Shown piece after piece: positions 16,887 through 26,522 of a DNA stretch of 64,000 bases (positions within the stretch are counted from its first letter, which is position 1; each line of letters starts with the position of its first letter). Location: positions 986,736 through 1,050,735 of the forward strand of contig OY969099.1 in the NCBI GenBank assembly GCA_963697875.1, given 5' to 3'. Origin of the DNA: an uncultured Actinomycetes bacterium. Its GTDB lineage: Bacteria; Actinomycetota; UBA4738; HRBIN12. The position numbers and the translations under genes are program-made. Below the pieces are notes generated by a model, which had not been told where the DNA came from, did no database searches, and worked only from the letters and a program-made list of their open reading frames with translations.

Positions 16887-18674
16887 TCAGGGGATCCGCA
16901 CCAGCAGCCGGGTCCGTTGGCTGGTGGCGTCGCCTTCGGCGCCGAGCACCAACGATCGGATCGGATCGAGGTTGGGGCCGACCTGATCGTCGAACTGAGC
17001 CCTGCTCGTGGGGTCGAGCTGGGCGCGGACGGCCGCGACGATCCGGGCGACGTCGACGTACAGGACGGCATCCGAGCTGGGCATTCCCTCGATCGCGGCG
17101 CGATAGCCAGCGTCGTCGGCGAGCCCCGACCCACCGGCCGCGAGGTCGACCAGCCGTTCCAGGTGTGTGGGCGACGTCGCGACGACGGCAGCGTGACCCA
17201 CCACGGCGTAGGCGACCTGGACCGTCGCCCCCGAGGAGGCGTAGGTGATCTCGGTCCCGTGATGGGTCTCGGTCTTCCAGACGACGTCCTCGTGGCGCTC
17301 GCGCAGCTCGCCCTTGGGCGTCAGCCGGTAGGAGGTGGCCCCCAACGGGAGCGAGCCGAACAGCGAGTCGAGCGTCCCGTGGACCGCCCCCGGATCGTCG
17401 ATGCCCACCAGGACCGCTGCCGCCGGTTGCGTCGAGGCACCGTCTGGAGCCGCCTCGACGGCGACATCACCCGTCATGTGCGCGATCAGCCCGTCGGGCC
17501 CCGTGACGCCGGCCCGCTCCAGAGCGTCTGCCACACCGGGGTCGGCGGTCTCGAGCTGATCCAGCGAGGCCGATAGGGATCGATCGACGTGCTCGATGGC
17601 GAACGCGCCGTACGCATCGGCCGGCACCATCTCGAGGAGCGGGTTGGCGTGATCGGGCGCCGAGAGCGCGTCGCGCGACTCCGGGGTGAGCTTGGTGTCG
17701 TCGTACAGCGTGACCGAGTCCATCGCCAGCCCATCGGGCTCGGCCGAGATCGTCAGGGCGGCCGATCGGATCGCGGCGACGTCGCCCGTGAGCAGATCGG
17801 GAGCTCCCAGGGCGCCGGTCGCCCCGAGCGAGTCCTGCATCAGCCCCAGGATCGGCTGGACGTTCGCGTAGACCATCCCGAGCTTGCCGCTCGGCAGCTG
17901 GGCGAGGGTGTCGGCGAAGGTCGCGTCATCCCGGATCGCCTGATGCGAGCCCCGGGACGTGTCGATCACGCTCGCGACGACGTCCTCGGTGGTGCCGAGC
18001 ACAACGGTGCCGTCGAACTGCGCGAAGGCGGGAGCCGTGCTCCCGGCGTCCGTCGGCGACGTGATCGCGACGCCGTCGTGGTCCGCCGTGCGCCACGTGG
18101 TTCCGTCGGAGGACCTCTTGTCCTGGAGACGCCTGAGCGCGTCGCGCGCGCCGGCGTCATCGTCGCTGTCCGCCAGGACGCCGACCGCGGGGTCCTGCTC
18201 CTGACGCAGATCGACGAACACGGCGACCTCCACGCCGACCCACCCGACGTCGCGTTGGTCCAGCCCGAGGCTCTCGAGCGCGGCATCCAGCGCGTCGTCC
18301 ACCTGCCGGCTCAACCCTGCCGGATCGCTCAGACCGGGGAACCGTGAGGCCATCCGGAAGAGGTTGGCCTTCTGCCCCGCGGACGGGTCGAGGTAGGCGA
18401 CGGCAACGACGTCGGCGTCCGCAGGGATCTTGCCCAGCAGCTCCTCGCTGCTGCCGCGCATCCCGAGGAAGCCCGCCGCGGCGGTGCCACCGGCGACCAC
18501 GGCGACGGCGACGATGACGGCGACGATCGCCCGTCGCCTCCCGCGACGCGGTGGCGTTTCCGGTGTGCTGGCTGCGCTCGGCTCAACGGAGTCGAGGCTC
18601 CAGGAGTCTCCGGGCTGTCTGTCGGGTGGGGGCGGCGGGACGGAGGCGTCGCCGCCGGGGGGGTCGATCTGCAT
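16887..18674 (-). CDS. Membrane-anchored protein (Pro-rich cytoplasmic N-terminus, one TM, large extracytoplasmic domain; DUF3352-like architecture)
   Basis: GGAAGGA RBS. TM segment AIVAVIVAVAVVAGGTAAAGFL. No catalytic motif recognised. Confidence 0.55.
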   Translation of the reverse strand: MQIDPPGGDASVPPPPPDRQPGDSWSLDSVEPSAASTPETPPRRGRRRAIVAVIVAVAVVAGGTAAAGFLGMRGSSEELLGKIPADADVVAVAYLDPSAGQKANLFRMASRFPGLSDPAGLSRQVDDALDAALESLGLDQRDVGWVGVEVAVFVDLRQEQDPAVGVLADSDDDAGARDALRRLQDKRSSDGTTWRTADHDGVAITSPTDAGSTAPAFAQFDGTVVLGTTEDVVASVIDTSRGSHQAIRDDATFADTLAQLPSGKLGMVYANVQPILGLMQDSLGATGALGAPDLLTGDVAAIRSAALTISAEPDGLAMDSVTLYDDTKLTPESRDALSAPDHANPLLEMVPADAYGAFAIEHVDRSLSASLDQLETADPGVADALERAGVTGPDGLIAHMTGDVAVEAAPDGASTQPAAAVLVGIDDPGAVHGTLDSLFGSLPLGATSYRLTPKGELRERHEDVVWKTETHHGTEITYASSGATVQVAYAVVGHAAVVATSPTHLERLVDLAAGGSGLADDAGYRAAIEGMPSSDAVLYVDVARIVAAVRAQLDPTSRAQFDDQVGPNLDPIRSLVLGAEGDATSQRTRLLVRIP

Positions 18675-18737
18675 GGTCCAGTGGTCCTTCCGGTCGGTCC
18701 CGAGCGCTCCCCCGGAGCATCGACCGGGCGCAACGCT

Positions 18738-19844
18738 CTACGAGAGCGTTTCGGTCCGGTTCGTGCAGGCCTTGAGGCGCTCGGGCAGCGGCTCCACGCC
18801 GATCCCCGGACCCGTCGGCACCCCCATCGTGCCGTCGGGGGCCAGCACGAACGGCTCGGTCAGGTCCTCCGGGAAGTAGCGGGCCGACGCGCTGGTGTCG
18901 CCGGGAAGGGTGAAGTTCGGCATCGCGGCAAGCGCGAGGTTGGTCGCCCGCCCGATGCCGGTCTCGAGCATGCCTCCGCACCAGACCGGTACGCCGGCGT
19001 CGCGGCTGACGTCGTGCACGCGCCGGGCCTCGAGCACGCCGCCCACACGCCCCTGCTTGATGTTCACGATCCGGCAGGCGCCGAGCCCGATCGCCGCCGC
19101 GGCGTCGGCCGCGCTCCGGATCGACTCGTCGAGGCAAACGGCGGTCCGCAGCTGCGCCTGCAGCCCGGCGTGGAGCACGATGTCCTCGTGGTCGAGGGGC
19201 TGTTCGATCATCAGCAGGTCCAGCTCGTCGAGCGACCGGAACACGTCGATCTGCTCCGGCGTGTACGCGGCGTTCGCGTCGACCGACAGCAGGATGTCGG
19301 GGTGGTCGGCGCGGATCGCGGCCACGCGCTCGACGTCCAGCCCCGGCTCGATCTTGAGCTTGATCCGCTGATAGCCGTCGGCGAGGTATCCGTCGACCTG
19401 GGCGCGAAGCTCGTCGGTGGTCGCGGCGATCCCCACAGACACTCCGCAGGCTACCCGGTCCCTGTCCGCCCCGAGATACGTCGCGAGCGACCGATCGCGG
19501 GCGCGAAGCTCCGCGTCGAGCACTGCGTCGACGAGGGTTGCCTTCGCCATCCGGTTTCCACGCACGAAGGCGAACACCCCCTCGAGATCCTCCGCCGAGA
19601 CGTCGCCGGCCCGAAGCAGGGCGGGCCCGAGGAAATCGGCGATCGCTGCCCACACGCTGCCGTTCCATTCCGCGGAGAACCCCGGCTCTTCCTCGGCGAC
19701 GCACTCCCCCCATCCGTGGCCGTCCTCGGTCTCGACCCGCGCCAGCACGCAGACCTTCTCGGTCGATGTCCCGAAGGAGGTCCGGAAGGGGCGCACGAGC
19801 GGCAGGCCGATCAGCCGGAGCTCGATCGCGCGAACGCGGGTCAC
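18738..19844 (-). CDS. Enolase-superfamily enzyme of the MLE subgroup (o-succinylbenzoate synthase / N-succinylamino-acid racemase-like)
   Basis: KxK motif (QRIKLKIEPG), metal-ligand region (LSVDANAAY...MIEQP...CLDES) and C-terminal K (VNIKQGRVGG). GTG start 19844 with a GGGAGA RBS. The upstream Arg-rich part of the long ORF is discarded. Confidence 0.8.
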   Translation of the reverse strand: MTRVRAIELRLIGLPLVRPFRTSFGTSTEKVCVLARVETEDGHGWGECVAEEEPGFSAEWNGSVWAAIADFLGPALLRAGDVSAEDLEGVFAFVRGNRMAKATLVDAVLDAELRARDRSLATYLGADRDRVACGVSVGIAATTDELRAQVDGYLADGYQRIKLKIEPGLDVERVAAIRADHPDILLSVDANAAYTPEQIDVFRSLDELDLLMIEQPLDHEDIVLHAGLQAQLRTAVCLDESIRSAADAAAAIGLGACRIVNIKQGRVGGVLEARRVHDVSRDAGVPVWCGGMLETGIGRATNLALAAMPNFTLPGDTSASARYFPEDLTEPFVLAPDGTMGVPTGPGIGVEPLPERLKACTNRTETLS

Positions 19845-20677
19845 AGCCGGTCTCCCGCCGTGCAGACGTAGGCCGTGGTCGCCGTGAACCCGGTGACGGT
19901 CAGCCCCGCGTCGAAGCATCGCCGGAGCGCGTCCGCAACCGCAGAGCGCCAGTCGGCGGCGAGCGCTCGGTCGTGCTCTCGAAGGTCGTGGTACTCGCGC
20001 GGGATCCGCACCAGGCAACGGTCCCCCGCCGGATCGCGGACCTCGGTCGGTCGCGGCGCGTCGTTCCGGCCCGTTCGTCCGAGCACCTCGAACCCATCGT
20101 GCTCGCGAGCGCCGGGGGTCATCGCGTCCAGGTCCCACCGCACAACGAGCCGGTCGCTTCGCTCCCCGCGATTGATCTCGTCGACCATGTCCCCGTAGAA
20201 GTGCTCGTGGAAGCGGTCGGCCGTGGCGCCGAGCTTCCCGAGGTTGAACCAGGCATTGCGCGCGAGCATCGGGTCGAACGTCCACCGGACGAGACTCATC
20301 CCCTGCTCGAGCGCCTGCGCCCGCTGGGCCAGCTTGAGCGCGAACCCGACCCCCTTGTGCCGCAGCCCGGGAACGGTCGCGAGCATGTGGGAGTGCACGT
20401 GCAGGCCGTCCTCGGCCGTGACGCCCGCCCATCCGAGCACGAACCCGATCACCTCGTCGTTCGCGCACGCGCCCCACGGGACGTTGCCGCTCTCGACGAG
20501 CGCCTTGATGACCTCGCGATCGAGCTCCTGTCCGCCCCACGTCGCACGGATCACGCGGTTGATCGCGTCGGCGTCGGGCAGCTCGGCGAGGGGACGGAGC
20601 GAGACCCTCGCGGTGCGGGCGGCCGCGTGCGCGACGTCCCAGGCCTCGGACATGGCGCGGAGTGTATCGAGGGCCAT
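19841..20677 (-). CDS. GNAT-like acyltransferase, translationally coupled to the NSAR/OSBS gene
   Basis: Motif A-like RHKGVGFAL. Its stop overlaps the NSAR start (GTGA). The start is uncertain: 20677 or 20653. Confidence 0.55.
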   Translation of the reverse strand: MALDTLRAMSEAWDVAHAAARTARVSLRPLAELPDADAINRVIRATWGGQELDREVIKALVESGNVPWGACANDEVIGFVLGWAGVTAEDGLHVHSHMLATVPGLRHKGVGFALKLAQRAQALEQGMSLVRWTFDPMLARNAWFNLGKLGATADRFHEHFYGDMVDEINRGERSDRLVVRWDLDAMTPGAREHDGFEVLGRTGRNDAPRPTEVRDPAGDRCLVRIPREYHDLREHDRALAADWRSAVADALRRCFDAGLTVTGFTATTAYVCTAGDRL

Positions 20678-20732
20678 ACGGCAGAGAGCCCGCCGGCAGG
20701 CGGGCTCCCGTGCGCTGCTTCCCGAAGGAGGG

Positions 20733-20909
20733 CTCAGCCGCCCGCGGGCGGCGGCAGCTCCTGCCATTCGACGTCGTCGAGATCCTGGCCGCGGCGCCGC
20801 TTGAAGAACTGCATCACGGCCGCGGCGATCGCTGCGATGAACGCAAGCTTCATGAGCTTGCGGAAGAACCCGCCCTTCTTCTTCTCCGTGGCCTCGGTCT
20901 CGTCGGCCA
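20733..20909 (-). CDS. Small membrane protein (58 aa), unknown function
   Basis: Strong AAGGAGG RBS. Single TM (LAFIAAIAAAVMQFF), then KRRRGQDLDDVEWQELPPP. Confidence 0.4.
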
Positions 20910-21083
20910 TGGACCCCTCCTTCCGAGAAGCGGGTCGGTTGGAATCGGAACCAACGACCTCTTCGCTCGTCCTGGAGCTTCAGAGCCTACTCGCTCGGGC
21001 GGTATCGCGCGAAGGCCGGCGCGTTTCCCTCGCGGCATCGCCGGACAACACCCCGACACTGCCCGAACCGAAGGGAGAACGAC

Positions 21084-21158
21084 ATGGGACTCTTGTGGAC
21101 GATCGTCGTGGCGGTGTTGGTGATCGCGGTCGTGCTCTGGCTGCTCCGCCGCGCCTGA
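21084..21158 (+). CDS. Possible 24-aa hydrophobic micro-protein (MGLLWTIVVAVLVIAVVLWLLRRA)
   Basis: AAGGGAG RBS 6 nt upstream of the ATG. Single TM plus a basic C-terminus. Confidence 0.25.
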   Translation: MGLLWTIVVAVLVIAVVLWLLRRA

Positions 21159-21225
21159 GGATTCATCGAGGTTGCCCTCCCCCTCGTTCGGTGCGAGCCT
21201 CACGGCACGGGACGAGGAGGGAAGG

Positions 21226-21864
21226 ATGGGTCTCACGATCCGGAGCACGAGCATCGCGGACGGACAACCGATCGACGAGGTCTACGCCGTCGCCGTGGCC
21301 ACGCCGGAGGGTCGCGCGGAGATCGGCGGACGTGACCTGAGTCCCCACCTCGCCTGGTCGGGCGAGCCCGAGGGCACGCGGTCGTTCGCGCTCTCGGTGG
21401 TCGATCCGGACGTTCCGGCCGACCGTACCCGCATGGGGGTCGAGGGTCTCGTCCTCGGCGACGACGAAGCCCGCGTCCGGTTCGCGCACTGGCTGGTCGC
21501 GGACATCCCCGTCGACGTGCACCAGATCCCGGAGGGCGCCGACGGGGACGGCTTCATCCCGCACGGCAAGGCTCCCGGGCCCATGGCGGTCGGCGGCATC
21601 AGCGGCGCGAACGGATATCGGGGCCTGTTCGACGGGAACCCCGACCTCGAAGGCACGTACGGTGGCTGGGACGGTCCGTTCCCACCATGGAACGACGAAC
21701 ACATCCACCATTACGTCACGACGGTCTACGCCCTTGATGTCGACACCCTCGGTCTGTCCGCCGGGTTCACCCTCGACGAGTTCGAAGCCGCGATCGATGG
21801 CCACGTGCTCGATAGCGGCGAGATCGTCCCCACCTACACCTTGAATCCGTCTCTACGAACCTGA
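21226..21864 (+). CDS. YbhB/YbcL family (PEBP/Raf-kinase-inhibitor-like) protein
   Basis: PEBP-type motif segments (FALSVVDPDVPA...RFAHWLVADIP...YGGW...PP...HHY). The start is the internal ATG (MGLTIRST) next to a GAGGAGGGAAGG RBS. Coordinates are +/-1 because of a reading ambiguity near 21181. Confidence 0.7.
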   Translation: MGLTIRSTSIADGQPIDEVYAVAVATPEGRAEIGGRDLSPHLAWSGEPEGTRSFALSVVDPDVPADRTRMGVEGLVLGDDEARVRFAHWLVADIPVDVHQIPEGADGDGFIPHGKAPGPMAVGGISGANGYRGLFDGNPDLEGTYGGWDGPFPPWNDEHIHHYVTTVYALDVDTLGLSAGFTLDEFEAAIDGHVLDSGEIVPTYTLNPSLRT

Positions 21865-21940
21865 CGGTCGCAGTACTCCGGAAGAAGACCCGGCGCCGGG
21901 AGGCGCCGGATGGAGACCGACCTTGAAGGTCCACCAAGCA

Positions 21941-23332
21941 TTAGTCCCTCGGATACTTCGGCCCGGTGCAGTCGGTCCGCAGCGGCAAGGGGTCGGGGGG
22001 ACGCGGCGGCTGACCGAAGTCGAACGCCGACAGCAACGGCGTCGCGTCGTGGTCGCGCGCGGTCAGGTTGCGACCGAGCCGCCAGTTGTCCTCGATGAAC
22101 CGGAGCACGCTCGAGAACTCGCCTTCCTCGTGACTCACGACCCCCTTCTTGGCATAGGGGCTGATCAGCAGCATCGGCACGCGGAACCCAAACCCCATCC
22201 GATCGATGTCCGGCGGCGGCACGTGATCGTAGAACCCGCCGTAGTCGTCCCACGTGAGGAAGATCGCCGTGTTCTTCCACAGGGGACTCCGCATGATCGC
22301 GTCGATCACCTGGGTCGACCAGTTCTCGCCGTGGCAGAAGCTGTAGTCGGGGTGATCGGAGAGCTCGAAGCGCGGAGTAACCCACGTGACGGGCGGAAGC
22401 CTCCACTCGCGGACGTCGTCCACCAGCTCGTCGACCGGGCGGACATAGCGCGCCCAGTTCTGCGGGCGTTCGCGATAGCGGCGGATCGCCGAATAGGCCG
22501 ACCAGATGTAGCCGCGCTGCTGTTCGGTGGCCGCGTAATACGCCCATGGGACGTGCGCGCGGTTGAGCAGGTCGCCCTCGGTCAGGAAGTCGAAGCACGG
22601 CGGCACCCTCACGACGTTCCCCTCCGAGTCGTAGACCTCGACGGTCTGTTGCGGGGGCGCATCGCACCCGAACGTGTTCGAGTCGGTGTGCCCCCGCCGC
22701 GGGTTGTCGCGTGCGCCGCCGGACTGCGCGGCGATCGTGTACAGGTGGTTCGGGAACGACGGGCCCCACGCCGACGCAAACACGTCGTCGAACAGCACGT
22801 TGGTCCGCGCCCAGTGCCAGTAGTTCGGCAACTGATCGCGGTAGAGCTGGGTGTAGGCCCAGCGTCCGTAGAGGCCCTGGTCGAACCGGTCCATGGCACC
22901 GTGGTCCCAGGCGATCTTGGAGCACGAGTAGCAATGCACGATGTCGCCGGGAACGCGCCCGTCCGTGCCCCGGATCAACGGCCGCGGCTGCCCGTGATCC
23001 CTCCCGACCGACGTCCCATTCGCTCCCGGAAACGTGCCGAACAGGTTGTCGAACGTGCGGTTCTCCTTGATCACGAACACGACGTGCTTGATCGGCCAGC
23101 GCGTCGGGAACGTGCCGGCGTTCACGATCGGCGGCGGCGGAGCGCTGGTCGTCGGGGCGCCGGGAGGCGACGAGGCCGCCACGGTCGACGTCGTGGAAAC
23201 GCCGTCGCAGGCGGCGAACGTGAGGACCGCGGAGATGAGCGCTACCAGCCCACGGATCGATGGTGGCCGATATCGATCACCTCGCGGATGCTTCCGGACG
23301 GCTATGCCCTGTTGGTCTAGCTGGTTCTGCAC
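21941..23332 (-). CDS. Phosphoesterase family lipoprotein (non-haemolytic phospholipase C / acid phosphatase AcpA family)
   Basis: HVVFVIKENRTFDNLFGTFPG motif. Lipobox LTFAAC after an N-terminal signal. Confidence 0.8.
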   Translation of the reverse strand: MQNQLDQQGIAVRKHPRGDRYRPPSIRGLVALISAVLTFAACDGVSTTSTVAASSPPGAPTTSAPPPPIVNAGTFPTRWPIKHVVFVIKENRTFDNLFGTFPGANGTSVGRDHGQPRPLIRGTDGRVPGDIVHCYSCSKIAWDHGAMDRFDQGLYGRWAYTQLYRDQLPNYWHWARTNVLFDDVFASAWGPSFPNHLYTIAAQSGGARDNPRRGHTDSNTFGCDAPPQQTVEVYDSEGNVVRVPPCFDFLTEGDLLNRAHVPWAYYAATEQQRGYIWSAYSAIRRYRERPQNWARYVRPVDELVDDVREWRLPPVTWVTPRFELSDHPDYSFCHGENWSTQVIDAIMRSPLWKNTAIFLTWDDYGGFYDHVPPPDIDRMGFGFRVPMLLISPYAKKGVVSHEEGEFSSVLRFIEDNWRLGRNLTARDHDATPLLSAFDFGQPPRPPDPLPLRTDCTGPKYPRD

Positions 23333-23392
23333 CCACGACCTTCCTGGTCACGTAGCCCTTAGCAGGATCCTGTCCCTTGGACCGGTTACGAA

Positions 23393-23812
23393 TCAGGGAA
23401 CGCCGGGACGGCGAGGCGCGTCGACGACCGGCTCGGGCGCATGCCACACGGCCTCGACGTTGTTCTGATGCAAGTCATTGACGAACGCCGCGTAATACCT
23501 CTCGGAGTACTGCGTCCAGACCCCGGGCTCGCCGCGGACGGTCGCGCCGTTTGCGACGGCGGCCGCGAAGAATGCATCCACGGCGTCCCGACCCTCGGTG
23601 GCGAACGCAACATGCGCCGCTGTGGTCACGGGCTCCCCACGGCAGATCGTGAAGTCGTCCAGTTCCTCGGCCCCGTAGGAGACACAGTCATCCTGAACGT
23701 AAAGCTCCTCATAGCCGAGTGGGGCGAGGGCGGCTGTATAGAGCCCCCGGCTCGCCCCCAGGTCTGCCACAACGAAGAGCACGTGATCGACGACGACGCG
23801 GCGAACCGTCAT
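23393..23812 (-). CDS. VOC/glyoxalase family protein
   Basis: VDHVLFVVADLGASRGLY...GYEELY...HVAFATEG...VRGEPGVW shows the paired beta-alpha-beta-beta-beta module. Confidence 0.7.
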   Translation of the reverse strand: MTVRRVVVDHVLFVVADLGASRGLYTAALAPLGYEELYVQDDCVSYGAEELDDFTICRGEPVTTAAHVAFATEGRDAVDAFFAAAVANGATVRGEPGVWTQYSERYYAAFVNDLHQNNVEAVWHAPEPVVDAPRRPGVP

Positions 23813-23965
23813 TGGTTCACGGTATCAACGGCGGGCCTGGGGTCGCTACTGTCAGGAAGCCACGCGCTTACTGGACGACTGCGCGGGTAGGGGTTGCAAG
23901 GGAGCAGGGCGACACCTCGCCGTGATGCGCGAGTGTTCGGGAATGTCCTCGAAGGCGGAGGCTGC

Positions 23966-24469
23966 CTAGGACGTTGTCATCGGGCGCGACGCGATCGCGA
24001 TCAAGTCGGCGACAACTTCATCGAGCGATCGGCTGGCATCCAGCTCATGCGTGCAGCTCGCTCTGAGCAGCGGCTCGACCCTGGCGAGGTCATCCAAGAT
24101 CATCGCTCGTTCGACTGGGCTCTTCCCGTAGTTGTTCGTCGTTCTGCCCTCGATTCGGTCAAGGATCACGTCAGCAGGGGCGCTGAGCAGGACGACCGCG
24201 TTGAACAGGTCGTAGAACTTCGACTGGTTCCTCACGCACCCTTGAACGAAGAGCGAGCGACCATCATCGGAGTCCAGCAGCCCTGTGATCCTTTCCTCGA
24301 CCCACAGCCACTCCCCGCGGTGCAACTCGTCGGAGGGCTCAACATACTCGCGATACTCGCGCCAGCCCGGATCATCGGTGTCTACGACGCGATAGCCGCG
24401 TCGGCCAAGTTCGGCGAGCGCCGCCGACTTGCCCGTTCCCGACATGCCGGTCACTAAGATCCTCGACAT
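23966..24469 (-). CDS. P-loop NTPase (AAA/nucleoside-kinase-like, 167 aa)
   Basis: Walker A VTGMSGTGKSA at the N-terminus. The internal ATG 24469 is chosen; the upstream part of the long ORF is low-complexity. Confidence 0.65.
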   Translation of the reverse strand: MSRILVTGMSGTGKSAALAELGRRGYRVVDTDDPGWREYREYVEPSDELHRGEWLWVEERITGLLDSDDGRSLFVQGCVRNQSKFYDLFNAVVLLSAPADVILDRIEGRTTNNYGKSPVERAMILDDLARVEPLLRASCTHELDASRSLDEVVADLIAIASRPMTTS

Positions 24470-24710
24470 CGAGATAACGCTACCGAGTGTCAAGCGACGG
24501 CGTGGCCGTGTGCGCGAGGGTTGAGAATGGCTCGCGAGACCGACATAGAGCTCGCCGACCCGGAGGTCCAGGTGTGGCTTGGTGAAGTCGCATGTGACCT
24601 CGGCGGCCAAGGGTCCTGACGACCCGTGCGAAGTCAGTCGAGTCGGCCCGCTCCGACGGAGAGCCCGACCTGGCCCCCCATTCCCCGGTAGATGCCCTAT
24701 CGCATCCACC

Positions 24711-24757
24711 TCTCCGAAAGTGGACCTGGATGGACTTGAACCATCGACCTCTTCCTT
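24711..24757 (-). repeat. 47-nt near-exact copy (46/47) of the 3' part of tRNA-Ile (anticodon stem through discriminator); candidate attR or tRNA pseudogene fragment
   Basis: tggacctggatggacttgaaccatcgacctcttccttatcagggaag versus 27577-27623. The upstream putative D-arm region does not fold as a tRNA. Confidence 0.7.
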
Positions 24758-25546
24758 ATCAGGGAAGACCGACCCAACGCCTTCACCATCACTTTCGCAG
24801 GTCGGTCGTCCCTCGGCGGTTACATGAGTGCCGTCGAGTTCCGTCTGATTCAGTCGGCTCCTTGACCGGATGTTGACCAGCACGATCGCCCTCAGGACCT
24901 CGATACGGTCTCATCGCAGCCTGCGCGTTCCAATCCGGCCGGAGTCCGCTTCTGCCGTCGACGATCGCGAAGCGGTGGGGCCTTGCGCTCGTCGGAGGCG
25001 ACCGCGAAGTAGCGCGGTAGACGTCCGAGACGACGAGCGGTCCCGGCGTCAAAGGTCCGTGCTTTGAGTCTGCGCGCGGTTCGTTCTTCCCGCTCGCTAC
25101 ATCTGCGAGCACGCATCTGCGAGTTGCCGTTCGAGCCCCGCGAGCACGAGTTGCTGCTCTGCGAGCCGCTCCTGCAGTCGCTCTCGATGGAGCTGAAGTA
25201 CCGGTGCACCACGACGGGATCGACGCCGAGCCTGAACACGCTCCTCAATCTTGGCTTCTTCGCTTGGGATCCGTTCGCTCGCATTCTCGGCGGGCGCGGT
25301 CGAGACATCGACGGGACGACGTGCTCGGACGCCCACGTGTAGTCGCAAGAACTCTTGAGCTTCGGTCCCACCGGTCGTGGTCGTCTCGCCGATTCTAGGT
25401 GCGCACAGAACGAGGCTTCCCTCAGATCAGCTCGGAGGCGATGGCGTCGCGGTCGGGCTGGGTCCGCGATCAGGTAGCGGCGAGCTCTCGGTTCGATCGC
25501 CTGGAGAGCGAGTGGGAGTTCGTCGTCGTTCACCATGGGACTTGGG

Positions 25547-25939
25547 CTATGGGCCGGGTACCCATCCAGCGGGCGGAACGTGCTTGTTCGGTCTCGACTT
25601 CACGACCTTGCCGCTTGATAGGCGTACGCGAAACCGCCGCTCTACGTCCGTGACATGAGCCACAGCGGCGGCCGGTAACCATGTCTCCCAAGACTCTTCC
25701 GGCTTGAGCCGCTTCGGCGTGGGTCGCTGGGCGGGCATGACAGGGATCCTGGGACTTGCTGCGACCCATACGCCAGTCACCTCGACGTCGCGAGCAAGTG
25801 AGAGGTTCGTGACGTTTACGAACCATTGAGCCTGCTGGTCCCCCTGAAAGAAGGCGATATGAACCAGAACGCGGACCTTACGTCGACGCTGACCGAAACC
25901 ACGTAGGGAGTCAGCGAGCCACAGCAGGAGTTGCGTCAT
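25547..25939 (-). CDS. Hypothetical protein (130 aa) inside the tRNA-Ile-bracketed segment
   Basis: Its start overlaps the stop of the 81-aa ORF upstream (ATGA). No motif. Confidence 0.3.
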   Translation of the reverse strand: MTQLLLWLADSLRGFGQRRRKVRVLVHIAFFQGDQQAQWFVNVTNLSLARDVEVTGVWVAASPRIPVMPAQRPTPKRLKPEESWETWLPAAAVAHVTDVERRFRVRLSSGKVVKSRPNKHVPPAGWVPGP

Positions 25940-26181
25940 GGACGTCCTGCCGTTGGGGTGTCAAGCGCTCCAAGCGCCTGCGGCCAGTCGAACAGCTTCA
26001 CCATCCGGACCCAGGTCTCCCATGTCGCCGAGTCTTCGCCCTCGACGAGCTCACGGTACTCCGGACGCTCACGCCGAGGATCCACGAGAGCCGGGCGACC
26101 GAGAGGCTGACGCGGCGGCGATCCTGCTCGAGCCGTTCCCGGCACGCCGACGGCATGAGTGAATGGTAGACGGAGAGCCAT
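25936..26181 (-). CDS. Hypothetical protein (81 aa), translationally coupled to 25547..25939
   Basis: ATGA overlap only. No recognisable motif. Confidence 0.25.
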   Translation of the reverse strand: MALRLPFTHAVGVPGTARAGSPPRQPLGRPALVDPRRERPEYRELVEGEDSATWETWVRMVKLFDWPQALGALDTPTAGRP

Positions 26182-26522
26182 TGGGGTCCTTGTCAGCCGG
26201 GTCGCTTCAGCACACCTCTTGTTCGGTCCCCCGCTGCGTCAGCTCGTTTGCGAGGAGCTTCTGCATCTGGATGGTGTCTCCGCAGCTGACGACGGATCCG
26301 CGCCATCGAGACCGGGTGGCCGGTCGAGGTCGACGCGTTCGGACTCCGCGCCGCGCTCAGTGGGCTCGATGTCCGCGATCCGGCCGTCGAGTACGCCGAG
26401 ATCGATGGCACGCGCTTCGTCGTCCATGCGGAACGGGCGGATATCGGCCGGCGTAAAGGGCGAGAAACGGGAACCGGCGCCCCTTCCTGGGCGCCGGCTT
26501 CGTGCGATGAACGTACCTAGGG

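Noticed and set aside
24700-24795. A second complete tRNA gene (tRNA-Ile-like)
   Set aside because: Only the 3' 47 nt match tRNA-Ile. The putative 5' part gives an 83-nt molecule with no proper D-arm, so it is treated as an att-type repeat or pseudogene fragment.
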